64,000 bases of DNA, taken from the NCBI RefSeq assembly GCF_009914755.1, contig NC_060941.1; one strand, written 5' to 3'. A program made the translations under genes and the position numbers. Below the pieces are notes generated by a model. It made no database searches, was not told the origin of the DNA, and worked only from the letters and a program-made list of their open reading frames with translations. The DNA comes from the human T2T-CHM13v2.0 reference genome, Homo sapiens. Positions within the stretch are counted from its first letter, which is position 1. Each line of letters begins with the position of its first letter. This document shows positions 32,238 through 48,430 of the stretch, piece by piece.

Positions 32238-33384
32238 CTACAATCCTGTATCCATTACTTTTCAAGGTACATTTACTATTTACGTTTGGGGTCCTTGTCT
32301 CTTTTTTAATAGTGTTTCTTAAAGTCTTGTATTATATCAGAGTACAGTAACATCCCAGTCAAGAGCACTCTAGTAAGCTCTAGGAGGAAAGCGACTTCCG
32401 GAAGGCAGTGGAGACCTGTCCTGTTGGGGCAGCATAGGGGCAGCCCCTGCCTCTGGTCAGTTCTGGCGCTCAGGCTCAGGGTTGCCTCTGGGCTGTTCTT
32501 CCCAGAGACTGACAAAGGGCTCCCATAAGGCACCTGCAGAGCCTGTGAGAAGCTGAAGTCAATGTTTTCCTGACACCAGTTGATCTGTGCAGGATCCATT
32601 GATTTAACCACCTGCTGTGTGGCATGCACTGTGGTCGATGCCAGGAACAGGAATTGGAGGGGCCCATGAGCATGGCCAGTATCACAGGCTGGAGGTGCTG
32701 CTGCGCTCTGACCGGGCCTCTTGGGGATGAGCCCATGTCAACCACCTTGCCTCCGATGGGGTCGGGCCCACAGGTTACCTTTGTGTGTCCATGACCACAC
32801 CTTCCTCCCCGACCTCATCCAAATCTCTTTCTTTTCCAAGCCCCTGAATCCTTCAGGGCTGCAGGTTTTGTTTAAAGCAGAGCTGGTGAGTTGCATAGGT
32901 TGTTGCGTTGGGACTAGATGGGGTGTTCAAAGAGTTGGGAGTTAAAAAACATAAAGGGTATTTATTAGGAGAACCAAGGAGTGTAATTCTCCTGTTCTTA
33001 ATATGCGGCCAGGTTAATGAATGTCACGTGAATGAACCAGAAAAAAATGAAGTGTGCCCTTGATCAGCTGGGTTGGTGTGCAGCAAGCTGTGTGACCAGG
33101 GGACAGCAGTGGTCCTGAGGGCCGTCACTGTCTGCCGTGCAGAGCCCTTCCTCCCACGGGGGCCTACCTCACCTGTGCCAAGGGCTTGTCTGTGGTCAGT
33201 GACCTGGATAGATCTGAATGGGGCTTCTTTTTCGAGGAGTCTTATGGCAGGTCTCTCAGTAAAGACTCCATTCTTGATGATCACACATTTTGGATTTTCC
33301 AAATCTGTCAGAGAATGGGCTTGAGGCGGGGTTTGTGGGCACTAGTTTCACTGGTTTCATTTACCAAAAAGGGGAGCAGAAGTC

Positions 33385-34026
<642 letters not shown>

Positions 34027-34498
34027 CTACACCCAAACCAGATACCATCTAGAGGCTAGAATCTTTGGGAGGCTCAAATTCCCTAGAAAGCAGGAGAAGC
34101 TTCTGTAGCCCTCCCGCTTTCCCAGTAGATTAAGCCCAGGGCGGCTCCAGATGTGTGACATGCTCTGTGCCCAACCAGAGCCCATCATAGGCAGAGGAAT
34201 AACACCCACACCAGAAGGGCCCTCGGAGGTCACCACGTCCAAGAACCCTCTTTACAGATGAGGAAACTGAGGCCCAGAGAGGGGAGAGCCACCTAGCGAG
34301 CTGGTGGCGGCTAGACCAGGAGAGCTGTCATTCCAAGCAAGCAAAGGCAACGAGACGAGCCCAGAGCTGTGCTCCCATCTCTTTGTTAGGGGGCCTGGGA
34401 TGCCCTCTCAGTGTCATTTTGTCCAGGATGATGCTCCCTCTCTTAAGCGATTAATGCGCCCTTGCTAACCTTTTGCTATCGCTGCCTCTTCAAACCAG

Positions 34499-35563
34499 AG
34501 GAGTTGAGAGTTCCGGGCCGGCAGAGGAAGGCGCCTGAAAGGCCCCTGGCCAATGAGATTAGCGCCCACGTCCAGCCTGGACCCTGCGGAGAGGCCTCTG
34601 GGGTCTCTGGGCCGTGCCTCGGGGAGAAAGAGCCAGAAGCTCCCGTCCCGCTGACCGCGAGCCTTCCTCAGCACCGTCCCGTTTGCCCAGCGCCTCCTCC
34701 AACAGGAGGCCCTCAGGAGCCCTCCCTGGAGTGGGGACAAAAAGGCGGGGACTGGGCCGAGAAGGGTCCGGCCTTTCCGAAGCCCGCCACCACTGCGTAT
34801 CTCCACACAGAGCCTGAAAGTGGTAAGGTGGTCCAGGAAGGCTTCCTCCGAGAGCCAGGCCCCCCAGGTCTGAGCCACCAGCTCATGTCCGGCATGCCTG
34901 GGGCTCCCCTCCTGCCTGAGGGCCCCAGAGAGGCCACACGCCAACCTTCGGGGACAGGACCTGAGGACACAGAGGGCGGCCGCCACGCCCCTGAGCTGCT
35001 CAAGCACCAGCTTCTAGGAGACCTGCACCAGGAGGGGCCGCCGCTGAAGGGGGCAGGGGGCAAAGAGAGGCCGGGGAGCAAGGAGGAGGTGGATGAAGAC
35101 CGCGACGTCGATGAGTCCTCCCCCCAAGACTCCCCTCCCTCCAAGGCCTCCCCAGCCCAAGATGGGCGGCCTCCCCAGACAGCCGCCAGAGAAGCCACCA
35201 GCATCCCAGGCTTCCCAGCGGAGGGTGCCATCCCCCTCCCTGTGGATTTCCTCTCCAAAGTTTCCACAGAGATCCCAGCCTCAGAGCCCGATGGGCCCAG
35301 TGTAGGGCGGGCCAAAGGGCAGGATGCCCCCCTGGAGTTCACGTTTCACGTGGAAATCACACCCAACGTGCAGAAGGAGCAGGCGCACTCGGAGGAGCAT
35401 TTGGGAAGGGCTGCATTTCCAGGGGCCCCTGGAGAGGGGCCAGAGGCCCGGGGCCCCTCTTTGGGAGAGGACACAAAAGAGGCTGACCTTCCAGAGCCCT
35501 CTGAAAAGCAGCCTGCTGCTGCTCCGCGGGGGAAGCCCGTCAGCCGGGTCCCTCAACTCAAAG
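34499..35563 (+). CDS. MAPT: MAPT exon 4A-long (upstream acceptor, 1065 nt)
   Basis: Branch-like TGCTAAC at 34463-69, caaaccAG ending 34498. Adds 312 in-frame stop-free nt (EELRVPGRQRK...AYLHT). Confidence 0.88.
34811..35563 (+). CDS. MAPT: MAPT exon 4A (big tau insert, 753 nt)
   Basis: acacAG/GTCTGT; EPESGKVVQEG...VSRVPQLK within the 391-aa ORF at 34462..35637. Confidence 0.97.
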
Positions 35564-36654
35564 GTCTGTGTCTTGAGCTTCTTCGCTCCTTCCCTGGGGA
35601 CCTCCCAGGCCTCCCAGGCTGCGGGCACTGCCACTGAGCTTCCAGGCCTCCCGACTCCTGCTGCTTCTGACGTTCCTAGGACGCCACTAAATCGACACCT
35701 GGGTGCAGCTGCTCCACTCCCTCGGCCTCCTCCCGTGCTCAGGCTGTGGCCGCACGCGCCCCTCACGCTTGCCCGCCACTCTGCATGTCACCAGCACCCC
35801 CGCTCCGTGCTCCCCACCTTGTTTGACTCTCTGGCCACTTGATTTGTCCACAACGGCCCATCAGCCCACAGGAGGTTTGGTGGGTGCCTTCCACCGACAG
35901 GATGACGGGTGCCCTCATGGTGTCTAGAACTCTCCAACCCTCCCATGTAGGCATAAGCAGCCCCACTTTGCAGATGAGGAAACGGAGGCTCAGAGAAGTA
36001 CAGTAACTTGCCGAAGGCCAATGAGTAGTAAGTGACAGAGCCAGGTTTGGGATCCAGGTAGGTTGTCTCTGAAAGACACGCCTGTCCTGCATCCCACAAC
36101 GCCTCCCAGGAGGTGCTGGAGTGTGGACGCCTAACACAGAGATGTGCAGGGCACACACAGCAGGTGACACACACAGCATCCAGAGGTGGCCCAGAGCTCA
36201 TGCTGTGCCTTTGGCCCAGTGCCCTGCCCCCACCCACTCTGCCTTGTGGCAGGAAGACAAGGAGCAGACACAAGATCTCCCTGGTCCACATGCCACCACC
36301 TCCCTCTGCAGAGGACAAGGGGATCCTCATGCTGGCATTGGAGGGGGTTGAGCAGGGCCCACCTTGAGCCCTCAGGAGCACGACCACAGCAGCCCTGCAG
36401 GGAGGGATTGGTGGGAGGAGAGTCCCAAGTATCAGGGAGAGGAGAGTTGGTGTCCCACAGGAGACCTCAGAGCCACAAGGCGAGCTTGTTCATAAATTTG
36501 GGACCCTTAGCATTTCACAGTTATTTGCAGAGCCCAGAAATGGATGTTACTGAAGCTCACAGTTGCAAGCATCTGTTAAATTTTTATTAGATTTTACTTT
36601 TAGGGAAAACTTTGAAATGCTATAAAGAAGCCTGTGTTTAAAAGTTAAGACAGA

Positions 36655-36958
36655 GGCTGGGGGCGATGGCTCACGCCTGTAATCTCAGCACTTTGGGAGG
36701 CCAAGGCAGGTGGATCATTTGAGGTTAGGAGTTCGAGACCAGCCTGGCCAACATGGTGAGACCCTGTCTCTACTAAAATTACAAAAAATTAGCTGGGCGT
36801 GGTGGCGGGCACCTGTAGTCCCAGCTACTGGGGAGGCTGAAGCAGGATAAGTGCTTGAACCCAGGAGGCGGAGGTTACAGTGAGCCAAGATCACACCACT
36901 GTACCCTAAGCCTGGGCGACAGAGTGAGACTCTGTCTCAAAAAATAAAATAAAATAAA
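36655..36958 (+). mobile_element. AluS
   Basis: Consensus match. Confidence 0.92.
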
Positions 36959-38672
36959 GTTAAGAGAGAAAAAAATATATCCTATATCCTTTGTTAAATT
37001 CCAAAACAGTAGGGGACAAATAACTGACTTGACAGGTTACTACAATATTTCCTGAAATGATGTTTTCTTGAATACTGGCCTACTAGAGGTTCATAGGTGT
37101 GTTTGGATTAAAAAAGAGTTCCATGGCCCAGTGACTGGGGGAAAAAAATAAAAGACTAAAGTAAGTTAAACAGGCTTTTCTGCTGCAGGACTTGTCAGAG
37201 CCTTTAATGTACTAATGGCCATTGTGACCCTCTGAGAAGGTCACAGAGTGGGTTTCCCAAACTTACTTGATTCTACCTGCTAACATTTCCTGGAGGAAGT
37301 TTGGGAAATGCCGATTTAGCAGATTCTTTTGTTGTGCCGTGGATGGTGCTGGTTGATGTGGGCAAAACAAAGAACACGTGAGTCAGATCCGCCTGGGGCT
37401 CTTACTAAAGTGCAGGTTCCCAGGTGCCACTTTAGGCTTACAGACCCAGTTGTGGGGTAAGCCTGGGAGTCTTTTAGCAGGTGATTCTGCCACATAGTAT
37501 AGTTGGAAAACCTCTGGGCATACTCATTGCTGGTCCCTCTAGAAATCCAGGTGACAATAGCCAATGAGAAGCTCCAAGAGACCCAGTTGTCCATGGGGTA
37601 GAGGGAATGTGATATTGAAACCAAAGAAGAAAATCTATGATCAGTTTTCAGCAGTGACTGTCAAGAGAAGGAGAAGGGTGAGTTAGCGCTGATGCTGGCT
37701 GACAGGTCAGCGGGTTGGTTTCACCAAGGAGTGTGATGAAGGCTGATGTTGTCTGTGGGAATGTATGATGGTAACTGGTTTGTAGCTAATTTGGGGAAGC
37801 AGTGAGAATTCGTGCCCTTTGAAGACCAGTAAGTGGCAAGAAACCCACCAGGCCTGGCTCAGGGCTGGGCTGGGCTTGGCTCGTCTCAGAGCAGCTGGGG
37901 CTGGTGGCCAAAGCCACCATTAGTGAGGGGCAGGCCCTGGGGGTACAACCAGCAACTAGGGGACAAAGACAACCCTGCCAGCCTCTCCTATTCTGGAGGC
38001 GTGTGACCAGAAATGGAGATGGGTTGGTCAGCATAAGATGGCCAGGAAGGTGGAAATCAGGACTGCTGGCAATCTAGCCACATGGGCAGGGGAGCCGGGT
38101 GGTTCCAGGCAGTTTCCAAGGCCAAGAGGGTGAGCAGGCACCTCACAGGGAATCAGGGCCAAGCCTGGCTGCAGTGTGGAGACAATGCACCCACCCCCAT
38201 CCTTGGATCTTGCAGGAGGCTGGGTCCTCACTGAGCTACCAACATCCATGGCCCTGAGGCTTTTAAAACACCCATCCATGGAGTGGGGCTGGTCCCAGTG
38301 GGGTGAGGCTGACCCTGGCAGAAACAGGGCAGGAGCCTGTGGGTTAGGGAGACTGCACCTTCCTTAGATAGCCTCCATGCCATCATGTCCCCGTGACAGT
38401 TTCTGCTGCGTCCCCTCTGCATGGTCCCACCCTCGGCCAGCCTGCTGCCCCCTCTTGCCAGGTTGCGCTAATCAGTGACCCCAGTGTGCTGTGTTGATAC
38501 TAACAATGCGAGGCCTAGCAGATTCAAGGGAAAAGAGAACCAACTGGGTTTCCACCAGACCCAACTAAACAAACATGGACCTATCCCAGAGAAATCCAGC
38601 TTCACCACAGCTGGCTTTCTGTGAACAGTGAAAATGGAGTGTGACAAGCATTCTTATTTTATATTTTATCAG

Positions 38673-38728
38673 CTCGCATGGTCAGTAAAAGCAAAGACGG
38701 GACTGGAAGCGATGACAAAAAAGCCAAG
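38673..38728 (+). CDS. MAPT: MAPT exon 5
   Basis: ttatcAG/GTAAGC, 56 nt, ARMVSKSKDGTGSDDKKAK. Confidence 0.99.
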
Positions 38729-38994
38729 GTAAGCTGACGATGCCACGGAGCTCTGCAGCTGGTCAAGTTTACAGAGAAGCTGTGCTTTATGTCTGATTCA
38801 TTCTCATATATAATGTGGGGAGTATTTGTCACTAAAGTACAGCTGTCATTTAAAGTGCTTTGTATTTTGGGGCAGGCTTTTAAAAAGTCCAGCATTTATT
38901 AGTTTTGATACTTACCCCAGGGAAGAGCAGTTGGCAGGTTCATGAAGTCATGCTCCTAATTCCAGCTTTCTTAGTGTACTTTCAGTGAGACCCT

Positions 38995-39082
38995 GACAGT
39001 AAATGAAGGTGTGTTTGAAAACCAAACCCAGGACAGTAAATGAAGGTGTGTTTGAAAACCAGCCCTAGGACAGTAAATGAAG
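38995..39082. repeat. 37-bp tandem repeat, about 2.4 copies
   Basis: GACAGTAAATGAAGGTGTGTTTGAAAACCA at 38995 and 39032; partial copy at 39069. Confidence 0.9.
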
Positions 39083-40104
39083 CCATCTTCTCACTGCATA
39101 AACTGCACCCAGATCTTTGCCCATCCTTCTCAGTATTTCACTTCACCCATTGTTTACTGTCTCAATGACTGGGGAAATGTCTGGGGAAATGCTCCCGTAA
39201 TTGCACAGTGGCGTTTTTCCTGGAAAATCCCACCATGGCTCTAGATAAGACCTATTTTTCTTAAAGGTATCTAAAATTTCCAGCATAAATTCTGTCTGAA
39301 ACACCTGAATTTTAATCAGTACTGGAGCCCGGAGGGCATCTCCAGTTGCCACATAGCTCTGAGCATTCAGTGGTGTGTTGAGGGCTGCTCCCGGAAGTGC
39401 CTGCAGAGTCAGGGCTCCCCAGCCTCATCTAGTGAGGCAGTGGAAGGGCCTGTGGGGATTTGGAGAGCTGGCCTGGGTCTCTGAAGTGATAGTGACAGCT
39501 GCTTGTCAATCACGGTGCACATTTAGTGCCGGGGGCAGGGGGCAGGGAATACCAGCCTCATGCATGCATGCATTCATTTGTTCCTTCCTTCATTCATTCA
39601 TTCAGTACACATGGGTACAACATCCCTGCCCTGGAGTTGCCCAGAGTCTAGGGAGGGGAAAGATCTATTACCCTGGGCCTCGGCCAGCTGGGGAGTGCTG
39701 CTGGTGGAGAGGGGCCGTGTGCAGCGAGGGAAGGAGGAGTCGTCAATACCCCCACCCCAGCTTTGCTTTCTTGTCATCAGCCCCAGGGCCCCAGCCTGTG
39801 TCCCTCCTCTCCCATTGCTACTTCATCTCCTGGGTCCTCCTTACCAAGCCTGACCACACAGAGGGCCTTGGCCGCTTCCATGGGGAATTGGAAAGCAATA
39901 AGATAGCATCCCCTAGAAGCCCAGTGAAGTCTGGGACAGGACCCTTCTCTGAGCTCTGACTTGCTCTTGGAAACACTTCGAGGCTTAGCCTCCCCACTTT
40001 GTTTCCCAAGAGTGTGACCTGTTCCCCTCCAAACACCCCCTTCTCCTCCAGGGCCATGCCCACCCGTCAAAATCCCCCACGGGCAGGACGAACTGTGGGT
40101 GTCA

Positions 40105-40572
<468 letters not shown>

Positions 40573-40996
40573 TCACCAGATTAATATTAGTTTGATTTGA
40601 GACTTTAATCAGAAAGCACATGTGTGGTGGGGGTGGGTGTAACCTAAGTCAGGTAGAATCTTTCCAACTTGGGGGGGGCACACTCCTGATTGTAGCCATA
40701 TGAGTCTGTCAGTGTGGTGGAAGAGACCATGGGTTAATGGGCAGGTAAAAAAGCACCTTGCCTGGAATTGAGTAGAAAGTAAGGCCCTTCAGACCCCGTG
40801 ACACACTTGGGGACATTTTCTTGAGTAACATCCTAAGATTCATGTACCTTGATGATCTCCATCAACTTACTCATGTGAAGCACCTTTAAACCAGTCGTCT
40901 CCAAATTCAGGGGCACAGTAACATCCAACAGGCTGGAGAAAGAACGTACTAGAACTTCCATTCCTTTTTCATGTCCTCTTCTAAAAGCTTTGTCAG

Positions 40997-41388
<392 letters not shown>

Positions 41389-41505
41389 TCACTGCTTTCA
41401 ACCATTACCTGCCTTATTTATTTTTAGTTACTGTCCTTTTTTCAGTTTGTTTCCCTCCTCCATGTGCTGACTTTTATTTTGATTTTATTTATGTTTATGT
41501 TTAAG

Positions 41506-41703
41506 ACATCCACACGTTCCTCTGCTAAAACCTTGAAAAATAGGCCTTGCCTTAGCCCCAAACACCCCACTCCTGGTAGCTCAGACCCTCTGATCCAACC
41601 CTCCAGCCCTGCTGTGTGCCCAGAGCCACCTTCCTCTCCTAAACACGTCTCTTCTGTCACTTCCCGAACTGGCAGTTCTGGAGCAAAGGAGATGAAACTC
41701 AAG
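41506..41703 (+). CDS. MAPT: MAPT exon 6 (alternative; internal acceptors 6p at 41607 and 6d at 41676)
   Basis: ttaAG/GTAAGG, 198 nt, TSTRSSAKTLK...GAKEMKLK. 6p reads PCCVPRATFLS*; 6d reads FWSKGDETQ(GG*). Confidence 0.97.
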
Positions 41704-41959
41704 GTAAGGAAACCACCTTTGAAAAGAACCAGGCTGCTCTGCTGTGGTTTGCAAATGTGGGGTTTGTTTATTTGTTTTTTAGCCTCAAAGACCTTTCTTC
41801 AAATGAGTTCTGGCATAGAAGCACCGTGTAAAATAGTTAGAATTCTGGGCAAAGGGGAAAAGAGAGCTGGGGGCCATCCCTCTCAGCACCCCACAGGCTC
41901 TCATAGCAGCAGCTCCTAAGACACCTGGTGGGACCTTGGTTTCGAAATCGCTACTCTAA

Positions 41960-42245
41960 GGCTGGGCACGGTGGCTCACACCTGTAATCCCAGCTCTTTA
42001 GGAGGCCGAGGAGGGTGGATCACCTGAGATCAGGAGTTCGAGACCAGCCTGGCTAACATGGCAAAACCCTGTCTCTACTAAAAATACAAAAATTAGCCGG
42101 GCGTGGTGTTATGCGTGGTGGTAATCGCAGCTACTCGGGAGGCTGAGGCACAAGGATTGCTTGAACCCCAGAGGCAGAGGTTGTAGTTAGCTCCAGCTTG
42201 GGCGACGGAGCAAGACCCTGTCGCAAAAATTGTTTAAAAAACAAA
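41960..42245 (+). mobile_element. AluS (degenerate right arm)
   Basis: Consensus match. Confidence 0.88.
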
Positions 42246-43042
42246 CCCAAAATTGCTACTCTCATTGGGTTCCTTTGCCCATTCCTGATTTTGGCAAGAG
42301 AAATGCTTCCAGATTGCCCTGATCTGGGTAGGACAGCATCACGCCATAGCAACACTGCCCCGTGAGCTCACTGCCCCCTCAACTAGCTTGTGGTCCTTGG
42401 TTAATGTCAGTTTCTTTTTTGAGTTTGTGTTATGTCTAAGGGTCATCTGCTGGGTAACGGAACCCAGGGACTGCCCTAGTCCCTAGACTGTGCCATGCCC
42501 GACTCTGCCAGCTTTGTCAGTGATGCTGGTGCTCGCCTCCTCGGGTGCTCGCCTGGTCTGAGCACACCCAAGGAGTTCTTGAGGCCTTAGGGTTGTTTGC
42601 GAGAGAATGAAAGAACACGACCTAGCTCTCTTTAGCATCCTTGGTCAGGTTCAACACTGCCCCCAGGGGCCTCTGGTGGAGCCAACCACCATCAGCCAAA
42701 TAAATCCATAATTAGAGTCAGAAAATGGATGTCTGCATATGTGTAGTGCACTAATGTCCTGCCGATGATTGACATGGAGTGGAGAGTGACCTGATCATTG
42801 CTGTGAGCTCTGCTGGCCTTGGCACAACTCATGCTGATAACTAATGCACACAGTTCCTCTGGGAGGAAATGTCCTCAGGGAACTTGGAGTTTGGGTGGGG
42901 ATGTGGGTTTGTGTGCCCAGCAAGCCCTTGTGGTTGTAGCAGACACTAGTGGCATCTAGGAGGCAAAGGGTCACCCCAGTCTTAGCCACGTTTTGAGTCA
43001 AGGTGGCGGAGTGGGGCTGGTGTTGACTCTTGGTGGCAGTAA

Positions 43043-43249
<207 letters not shown>

Positions 43250-43400
43250 TGAAGCTCTCAGAGGTACAGCCTTCATTTTAGGAGGCCTTAGGCCACTGAG
43301 AATGAATAACCCCTGGCAGCTGGTCAGCAGCTTGCAGTTTACTAAGCACTGGAGTCTTCATTGCCTTCTCAGTCCTTTTGATTTCTGAGGCAAATGTTGA

Positions 43401-43762
<362 letters not shown>

Positions 43763-44200
43763 TGATAAAAAAAAATACAGAAAAAGGAAAAAAAAGAAAG
43801 AAATCGAGCCTCTGAGAGTTTGCTTGACTGAGTCTAACCAGCTCATTTTAAACCCGAGGAAAATGCAGTCACATGACTACTAAGTGGCAGCTCTCGGAGC
43901 CTCTCTGGCCCCAAGTCCAGGGTTCCATAGAGGCAGCCCCAGCATGGCATGTTTTCAGTCCCCAAATGAGACTCTGGAGACAAATGTCTCTGGAGACAGA
44001 GCAGCAGCCTGGATAAGTCACAATGGGTGACGTCACTCAGGGCTCAACCCCTGGGCAGCTTAACTTGCTAGGGACGTTAGGAGTCTGCTGCAAAACCTGA
44101 GGGTCTTAGCTGAGCAGTCACAGGCTGGGCCCGTTGCCCTGGGCTCCTGTGAGTAAAACCCAGTCAATTTTGAGTACCCAGTAAGGCATCCATTGAGTTA

Positions 44201-44538
<338 letters not shown>

Positions 44539-45038
44539 CAGTCGTCCTCTTTGGGGATTAGGGACAGCCTGCCTGCCTGCCCGAGCACTTCTCTCTTCCA
44601 TTGCCCCAGTGAAGTATTCCAGGCCCCTGGGTTTAGACTCTGCACCATGTAGGGGTGTCTGACCTGCACTTGCTCCTTGGTGGCACGGGCAGCCTATGGC
44701 ACTTGCTGCGGGCTGTGACCAAAGCCTGGCCTGGATCTTGGATCTTGGTGACTCTGCTTCTCCCTGGCCTGAGGGAGCTGCCCAGAGCCTGCCCACCACC
44801 TGCTGCGTGTCTTTGCGGTGGCATTTCTCGCACACATGCCGTGCGGTGGCACCCCCAAGGATGGCCATTCACTAAGGCCCATTGTTTTTGTCTTTTCGCT
44901 TCGTGTTTTCTGGCCTGGTGTTTTTCTCATATACATGTGATCCAGGGATAATTCCCAGAATTTTGACAGGATTTTAAGTAGCGTTTGGATCCTGCTGTTT
45001 TTTTTTCACTTAACATCGGGCCAGTTGACTCACACTCT

Positions 45039-45320
45039 GTTTTTTGTTGTTGTTTTTTTGAGACGGAGTCTCACTGTGTCACCCAGGCTGAAGTGCAGTG
45101 GCACAATCTTGGCATACTGCAACCTCTGCTTCCCAAATTCAAGCAGTTTTCCTGCCTCAGCCTCCTGAGTAGCTGGGACTACAGGCACAGGCCACCACGC
45201 CCTGCTAATTTTTGTATTTTTAGTAAAGACAGGGTTTCACCATTTTGGCCAGCCTAGTCTCGAACTCCTGACCTCAAGTGATCCGCCCACCTCGGCCTCC
45301 CAAAGTGCTGGGATTACAGG
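45039..45320 (-). mobile_element. AluS lacking its extreme 5' end
   Basis: Ends at GGATTACAGG. Confidence 0.9.
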
Positions 45321-45551
45321 GGACTCACACTTTGTAACAACCTGAAACAACGTGATGCATTTCCCTTTGGGTCTTACCTGCTCTTCGGTGGCTGCCTGCA
45401 GGTGGAGAGACCCTCCCCCTTGGGCCCCTCGACCTTGTTTCAGAATGGGGCCCCTGCTGGGCCAGCTGTGGGTGCCTGCCACGTGAAGGACTCATTAAGG
45501 CCCTGTTTAAGCCTGATGATAATAAGGCTTTCGTGGATTTTTCTCTTTAAG

Positions 45552-45605
45552 CGACTAAGCAAGTCCAGAGAAGACCACCCCCTGCAGGGCCCAGATCTGA
45601 GAGAG
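45552..45605 (+). CDS. MAPT: MAPT exon 8 (rarely included in human)
   Basis: ctttaAG/GTACTC, 54 nt, ATKQVQRRPPPAGPRSER, phase 1-1, no stop. Confidence 0.93.
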
Positions 45606-46140
45606 GTACTCGGGAGCCTACTTCGCTGGGAGCAGCCTCCCTTTGCGTGTGTGGCCATTCACTGGCTTGTGTTTCTAGAGCCGGGAGGACCCTTTTCTGC
45701 AATGCAGGGTTCACACAGGGTTCGCAGCCTGAAGATGGAGCAGTCCGAATTCTCTTCCCTGTGCAGTTTGCGCAGCTGTGTTTGTCTGATGGGCTTTCTA
45801 ATCCTGTGTGCTCTCCTTGACTTCAGGGACAATGGCATTACAGGCATGAGCCACCATGCCTGGCTGTCTCCCTATGTTTCAGATGAAGACATAGGCTTAA
45901 GGAGGTCAGGTGACTTGCCCACGACCACTCTGTAAATAAGAGGCATGAAAAGTATTTGGAGCCACCACCACCAAGCCCACTGGTCACCCTGGGTCTCTGA
46001 AGTCAGGGAGGCAGGAGGATGGGAGGTCTGAGGAGGCAGAGAGGCTGAGCCTGGAGGCCCTGGAGGCCGAGGCCCCATCTGTTGTTTCCTTATGTGGAAA
46101 ATAAGAGGCTTCATTTGTCCTATTGCCACAGAGCGTACTA

Positions 46141-46731
<591 letters not shown>

Positions 46732-46959
46732 TCACTGGCCAAGCTGCCCATTGGCTACATGGGTGCTTCAAAGAGCTGCCCTTCTCCAGGTCTGGCCAGC
46801 AGGTATGTGTTACAGCAAATGCCTGGGGCAGCGGCAGGGGCATTGCTGCGGGAAGCTTCTGGACTTGCAGGAAAGCTAAGTTCTCAGACTGCAGGGGAGC
46901 TAAGCACACCTCGGCACAGGGTGAGGCCTGCGGTTCTCAGACTTCAGTCTTTGTGGAGC

Positions 46960-47120
46960 TTGAGAAAAATGAGGCTTTGCAGGTCCCACCCCTAGAGATT
47001 CTGCTCTATCCACTCTTGAAGGGGATCGAGAAATTTGCATTTTGCAACTCCCACTTTCCTCCTTGAAAGCTCCGGAGATTCTGACGCAGGGTTCCGTGGG
47101 CCACACTTTGGAAAATACAG
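46960..47120. mobile_element. MER5-like remnant
   Basis: agagattctg ... gagattctgacgcag ... ccacactttgga. Confidence 0.55.
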
Positions 47121-47980
47121 ACCCATGAGATAGAATACCAGACTGTTGAAGTGTAACGGGGGCCTGGGAAGTGCAGTAACAGAAGCAAGTTTGAGGGTAA
47201 AGGACACCCAGAGGAGGGAGGGACAGCATCTGCATGGAGAGGAGAAGAGACCCCCCAGCAGCTTCCAGGGTGTTGGAAGGGTGCGCTAGTAACTGCTATG
47301 CATGGCAGGTGGGGAACTGTACGTCAGGGCACAGCAGCATGAAGCGGTATGGCTCGTGTGGACAGCTAGGGACAGGCAGGCGTGGAGCAGGCATCCTGTT
47401 CTGAAGGCCAAATCCCACAGAGGAGCCAGGGTGCTGGCAGGAGCCCTGAACTAGCCGAACAGCTGAACAGCTGAACATTCACCCTGTGGGGAAAGGGTCA
47501 GAAGCGTCCAGGCTTGAGGGCACAGCTGGGTCTCGTCACTGCATCACCCTTATTTAGGATAAAGGCCCTGAAGAATTGTATTAGAGGTTGGCAAAGCATA
47601 TCTACCACCTCCTGGAGCCACGCTGGCCGCAGGGATTATAATTATTTCCATTTTCAAATTAAGGCCTCTGAGCTCAGAGAGGGGAAGTTACTTGTCTGAG
47701 GCCACACAGCTTGTTGGAGCCCATCTCTTGACCCAAAGACTGTGGAGCCGAGTTGGCCACCTCTCTGGGAGCGGGTATTGGATGGTGGTTGATGGTTTTC
47801 CATTGCTTTCCTGGGAAAGGGGTGTCTCTGTCCCTAAGCAAAAAGGCAGGGAGGAAGAGATGCTTCCCCAGGGCAGCCGTCTGCTGTAGCTGCGCTTCCA
47901 ACCTGGCTTCCACCTGCCTAACCCAGTGGTGAGCCTGGGAATGGACCCACGGGACAGGCAGCCCCCAGGGCCTTTTCTGA

Positions 47981-48430
<450 letters not shown>

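Noticed and set aside
34713-35342. 209-aa antisense ORF (also 23216-23860 and 48058-48459)
   Set aside because: Shadow frames of GC-rich tau exons.
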